From NCBI GenBank assembly GCA_002633005.1, contig NMRA01001096.1, positions 1 through 53,987 on the forward strand: 53,987 nt of DNA, read 5' to 3'. How positions within the stretch are numbered: position 1 is the first letter of the stretch; each line of letters begins with the position of its first letter. The position numbers and the translations under genes were made by a program. Below are positions 48,857-53,987 of the stretch, piece after piece. Below the pieces are notes generated by a model, which was not told the DNA's origin, searched no databases, and worked only from the letters and a program-made list of their open reading frames with translations. The stretch is from Phoronis australis. Taxonomy: Eukaryota; Animalia; Phoronida.

Positions 48857-49315
48857 CTCAACCGCACAGCAGGTGAATGACAAAACTTCCTGCGAAAAGC
48901 AAAAATCTGTAGCTGAAATCAAATTCCTACAAAATCATAATTTTAACTCAGTGCTACGGTTTTATTTTGAATACAATTAAGAGAAATGTGGATTTTTGTA
49001 TGTTGATTCTTCAAGGTATACTCTTTCAAATAAGCTCTTACAAATTTTCTCTAAGAGTTACCATTTTTTTTAGTTGACATTCACTTTTTAAAAAATGCAA
49101 GATTTGAAATTTGATCAAAATCATTGCGAATTTTGAGCAGGCTTTCAGCGGATGTTTTGTATTTTTCACTAGGACGTCTCTTTTTTGAATTATTCGGGAT
49201 TCTTAGATGATGTTCCTTTGTTGACTGATTTTTGTTGCACTTTTGTTACTTTACCTTCTTATGAACAAGATTAGATATCTTACACAATTCTGACATCTTC
49301 ATTTCTCATATAATT

Positions 49316-49380
49316 GTTATCATCATGTTCATCATCACCACCACCATCGTCATCACCATCATCACCATTGTCATCGTCAT
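49316..49380. repeat. Imperfect (CAT/CAC)n microsatellite
   Basis: catcatcaccaccaccatcgtcatcaccatc... Confidence 0.8.
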
Positions 49381-50829
49381 TTTCAATATTCCTTTCAGTC
49401 AATTTCGGCAAGTGTCGTTCCTTCAAGTGCTAGGCCACCGGCCTTTGAAATCATAAATTTACAACTTTACAATGACAATGATCGTCAATAAATACATACA
49501 TGAACAGAGATAATTATGCAATTAAACCTCTTGCAACAAATGTTTTCTTGCTTTCATTGCCAAAAAATATATATTTTGCCACTTGATTTAAGACTACTAG
49601 TAAGAACTTCAATTGATCTCAGGACAATGTGCATCTGTTCAGAACTACAATCTTCCTTTAAAAAGATTCCTCTATCACAACAGTGTAAAGTTCAGTACCT
49701 GTCTCATAGCTAGAAAAATTTAGCCAAAATCAAGTGTTCTCATTTAAAATACACGGCAATGTCTCACATAATCCCGCAAAGTCTTTCCAACCCTACCCAG
49801 TTGTCCATATCAACTGAATATGTGCTGGTAGTTCTAATACATTTTTAAACAAGAAAAACTAAATTTTGCCCCACTAGCTTACCACGTGCTGGCTTCTCTG
49901 TTATTTCCCCTGGTTTGCGGGTGACTTTTACAACACAAAGGGGAGTAAATGGTAAGTACAAAAATATTCTTTTATTATACCCACGCTATAGCTTTGAGGA
50001 AACTTCTGAGTACAGCAGAACAACCGATATATCACCAATCAATAACACAACAAACAACTATTATCATCAAATTAGTCTAGGAAAACATAGCAGTACAACT
50101 ATTATATTATACAATGTAAAGAATCGTGTGCTATGTCAATGTACAATCTCTATAACCAAGCGGCCGATTAAATATTTATTTCATACTACTCTGAATTAAA
50201 AACAGTGAGGCATTCATTTGACCTACAATGTGCAAAAAAAGAGAATATATAAAAAATAGTACACATACACTGTACATAATATGTATTGATATGATATCCA
50301 TAATCACCACACTATAGATCGGTTTACATGCTATTGACGTACTTTGCAGTAGTACAGTGAATGACGTAGGCTTCTTCTTCTTCCATATATGAACAAACAA
50401 CCGGAATACGGATCCTTACATGTTAGTGAATAATTAGTAATAACTGAACTGTGCATAACTGTGAAAATAACAATAAAACAAAGTGCGGGTTAGGGACACG
50501 ATAAAACTTTATTGTTTACTGAGTGAGGTTGATGATTGAGATGTGACCTGTGTCTGTGAAACGTCTGTTTCTGATGAGACAGGCCCACCACTCAATTACA
50601 ATTCATCCATGAGATAAGTTTTAAGTTTTATGCAACTCAGTGGTCCCTAAGGCCAACGGACCCTAACAAACCAAAATATTCTGTGCAAACCTCTCCCACT
50701 CTCCACCGATCCTCCTGGGTGACTTGACAGTTCAGAATCCGGGTTTGAGAAAATTCATAAACTCGTTTAGCCTAGCGGGTAGGAAATTTATACATTTCGA
50801 CATATCACACGACAATCACAAGAATTCAA

Positions 50830-51700
50830 TTAGTCGGGGAAAAACCTTTGAAAACCTTACCAGGCTGTCCGTTACACAACAGTGGTCTGGGTTATTGAAG
50901 TGTAGTTAAGAGGTTTAGAATATCTAATACATTTCTTTACTTGTTTGTCAATCAACAGCTCATAAGCCAACACTCGCGTGCTACTGCTAGCGTTTTCTTA
51001 TGATGATATAAATATTTCAAAGTACGGACCGCGAAAAGGCCACGCACTTTTAATTCCCGAACTCTGGAATTGTGGGAACTGAACGCACGCCGCGGGCGTA
51101 GGACCACAAGCTGACGTCACGGATTGCAAACTCGAGGGTCTGTGCAGGAGACTAACTAAAAAGCAAGAATTCGCGAGATTATGTGAAATATTGCCGTGTA
51201 TAAAGCCCGTGACTGTGGCTAAATTTTCGCTGGATCCTAGCGTAGGTCCTAAAGTAAATGAACGCACGTCAGTTTGTTTTGTTCTCAGTATATTGATCTC
51301 GCCTTCAATGACGTCTTAAAGTCATATGATCCGTTTGTAGACGTTTTAAAAACATCGTGAATCTGCATAAAAACCATTGAAACATACTCTCTGACACTTA
51401 ATTAGAACTTTTCGTAAGTATGGGGTCGATCTGCTGCCTGTACATACTTTTTCTTTTCTTTTTTATTTTCTTAAAATCTGCGTGATCAAAACAAACGAAT
51501 GTTGCCCATAATGCTGTGCGGTTTGACCTTTCGGCAACTCGAGACAAATAGCTGTTTCCGGTGTCACGGGAAAAACCTTTGCCGGGCGGGAAAAACCTTT
51601 TGCCTTCCGGTATAATATCTTACTGCGCATGCGCGACAATCACTTCCCGTCAACCGCGGGAAATATCATTGCTTTGCAGTCGAGGTTCGTGAGTTCTCCA
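50830..51700. promoter_or_regulatory. Putative bidirectional promoter
   Basis: CRE TGACGTCA 51112-51119; NRF1-like TGCGCATGCGC 51624-51634; ETS-like TTCCGG; GGGAAAAACCTTT at 50837, 51568 and 51588; E2F-like GCGGGAAA; lies between divergent exons. Confidence 0.55.
50861..51000 (-). other. Putative non-coding first exon of the TRAF gene
   Basis: Strong donor CTG|GTAAGG at 50860, just downstream (minus sense) of a CpG-richer promoter-like region; the 5' boundary is a guess. Confidence 0.4.
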
Positions 51701-51758
51701 GTCTAGGTGTTTTTCTTCGAGTTTCTGGTCGATTTTTTGGTTTCGTGTCGTTGTTGAT

Positions 51759-51885
51759 ATGGCTGAGCGAAAGTATACTGTGTATGACGTGAAGAGGTTC
51801 CTGGATGCTGGTATTGATCCACCATCTCTCAGTACTAAAAATGACAGGACAGCCTTCAGGTCATACTGCAAGAGCTTTCGTTTGG
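51759..51885 (+). CDS. First coding exon of a divergent gene of unknown function (possibly GIN1/Ginger-like N-terminus)
   Basis: gatATGG start, MAERKYTVYDVKRFLDAGIDPPSLSTKNDRTAFRSYCKSFRL, strong G|GTAAGT donor at 51886. Confidence 0.55.
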
Positions 51886-53533
51886 GTAAGTTGTTTATCT
51901 TGTTTTATATGATCGTTCGCTTAAATATCAGTTTTACGTTTGTAGTATGGCATTTCCCCGAGACAGTAGACCGTCTAAACTGGCCCAGTGTATGTGGCGT
52001 GTCCATGCCCAGGACTACGGAAGTTTTTATGTATTTAAGCTAGGTAGCCTACTAGGAATCCGTGCTTTAGTCTTGGATAATTCTAACTGCTTGATGAAAC
52101 GTTGACTTGCGACGATTACGTGATGCCTATTATCATTCAGGCAAAAGTAAACAAATCTGCATCCTGTTTGATTACCGAAACTAGGAGGATGCAACCCTAA
52201 AATTTGAAGCTGTTTGACTTTGACTGCTGCTCCTTGGCATGGGTTAACAAATAACATGCAGCATGAAAAATCCAGTATCATATTCGAAGCTTTGTTTTCA
52301 GTAATTGTGATTTCAACCAAACTATTAAGTCGGACAAAATACATCCTTCCTTTTATAGTGAGGTCTTCAAATACAAGGTCCTCGTTCGTCCGAGAGGAAA
52401 GGTGCCTGTGCAAGCCCTGACATATAGACTCTGCCTCTCACGTAATTTTAGTTGTTCATATTGTTACCTATTTGAGTTACAAGTGATGCGAACCTCAGTC
52501 ACTTGATGAGAATTGTTTGGGCTTCATGAGGGGAATTTCGTGTGATTTTTTGATAGTTTTCAGAGGCTATCTGGCCAATATTCGGCTCCGAAATCGAAGA
52601 ATTGAGGGCCCTGAAATATATTGATGATTTTAGTGTCTAGTATAGGTGAGACAGTTTCAATTGATCAATCAATTACAACCTCAACCTCATTTCTTAGTAC
52701 TAGCTATCAATATAATGCACAGACACATGGTTATTTTTCACTTTATCAAGGTATTAACAGGTAATTTTAGGAATGGTCCAGTTTACTATTTATGTTTGTA
52801 AACATTTGCGCATAGTCAGAAGTTATTGTCGGAAATTAACTCTTGCCCTAATCCTAACTTGTTTATATTCGAAATCTCTACATTACAGTTTACCTTACGT
52901 TACTAATACGTATTTTTGCGTAGTGTGGTATGCTTTCAACTAAAAAATTTAAGAAGTCTGAGTATTACAAAAATTATTAATTATTAATGAAATGAATTAC
53001 AATGTAAAGCATGCTCTAAAGGTATTTTATGTTTCTTAAGGACCATTTTCATCCTTTTTTTGATACATAATAAACAAAATTTCATATTTATTTTATGTCC
53101 AAACTGTTTGTGGTTCATGTTTTGCCCTTATGGCTTCATAAATACAATTGGGGCACACCTGCAGATTATGCCTCCCCAAATGTTACCTTTGAGATTGAAT
53201 TGTTTAGACCAGGGAGTGGGCTACTTATTTGCTTGTATTGACTTCAATAGATAAGTGAAACTTTGAAGCTATTGTTCTCTAATATGCCTCAGTTACCTTT
53301 AACAGCTTAATGCCATAATTTGAGGATGTTGTTTACCCTTTTGCTTGTGTTGACTTAGATAGAGGAAACTTTCAAACTATTGTTCTTTAATAAGCCTCAG
53401 GTAACCAGAACCTGCTGAGCAGTTCCCTAATTATTCCTCTAAACCTTCTGGTGCCTTAAGCTTATCAATCCCTACAGAGAGATCTATTGTGAGTTAAACC
53501 CCAGTACCTGGAGAGAGAGACCCAAGGTGTTAA

Positions 53534-53987
53534 GAGTGACTCCATATAAAAACCAACAGGTAGAGTCTATACCCAAAATCACTGATTTTTTTGAAACTTA
53601 GCACATGACTGTGGTTTGTTGAGATATAGAAAAATCTCACTTTTTAAGAATTTTCAATCATCATTTTTCTTTTTATGACCTGTACCTCCATTTTGCAACA
53701 ACATTGGGCGTCGAAGTAGGCATGTTTGAATGCATTTTACTAGCATGTGTGGTAAGGTCAAAACAAATGAATAATACGAATTGAAAGGGCAGTGGCTGAA
53801 TAATTTAATGGCATAACTTTCAAAATCCATTTTTAAATTTATATGCTTTGAATTTGTGAGGCAAAAACGGCTATTTTTCAGTTTTTCACTGAAGCCATTT
53901 TCGGCCAAATTTGGCACTCTGTAGCAGCCATAACGCACCTTTCCTGAAATTGACTTCATAATAATTTGTTTAGTCATTCCTAACCTG
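53534..53987. mobile_element. Possible left end of a DNA transposon running off the window
   Basis: TTAA followed by GAGTGACTCC and ttttttgaaactt..caca subterminal-type sequence; the other end is not visible. Confidence 0.3.

Noticed and set aside
50545-50590. GAAAC...CTGATGAG hammerhead-like words
   Set aside because: No room for stem I between the putative cleavage site and CUGAUGA
52027-52413. 128-aa minus ORF
   Set aside because: No recognisable motifs; lies in the presumed first intron of the plus-strand gene

Overview
AT-rich animal genomic DNA, probably from a marine invertebrate (species not determinable), with spliceosomal introns, one 748-N gap (25644-26391) and a single-N join (15246). 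The main host gene is a minus-strand TRAF2-like gene (RING, 5 TRAF zinc fingers, coiled coil, MATH). I reconstructed it by hand: ATG at 48856, stop at 24290, 10 visible coding exons with consistent phases. One MATH-start exon is not visible and probably lies in the gap. A probable non-coding first exon at ~50.9 kb shares a bidirectional promoter with a plus-strand gene whose first coding exon starts at 51759. The rest is a dense nest of decayed mobile elements: a gag-only Gypsy, the right arm of a Polinton/Maverick (pPolB pseudogene plus AGTAGT terminus), three TTAA-flanked Kolobok-type DNA transposons (two keep convergent THAP-transposase and KolX/P2X7-ballast-like stubs), a BEL/Pao cluster forming a ~1.1-kb inverted repeat, a Gmr1-type Gypsy (PR-IN order), a solo LTR, L1/Tx1 fragments, MITEs, a hairpin-cored ~175-bp tandem array and a 60-bp minisatellite. 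No rRNA, intact tRNA or CRISPR was found. All family assignments come from motif recognition, not database searches.
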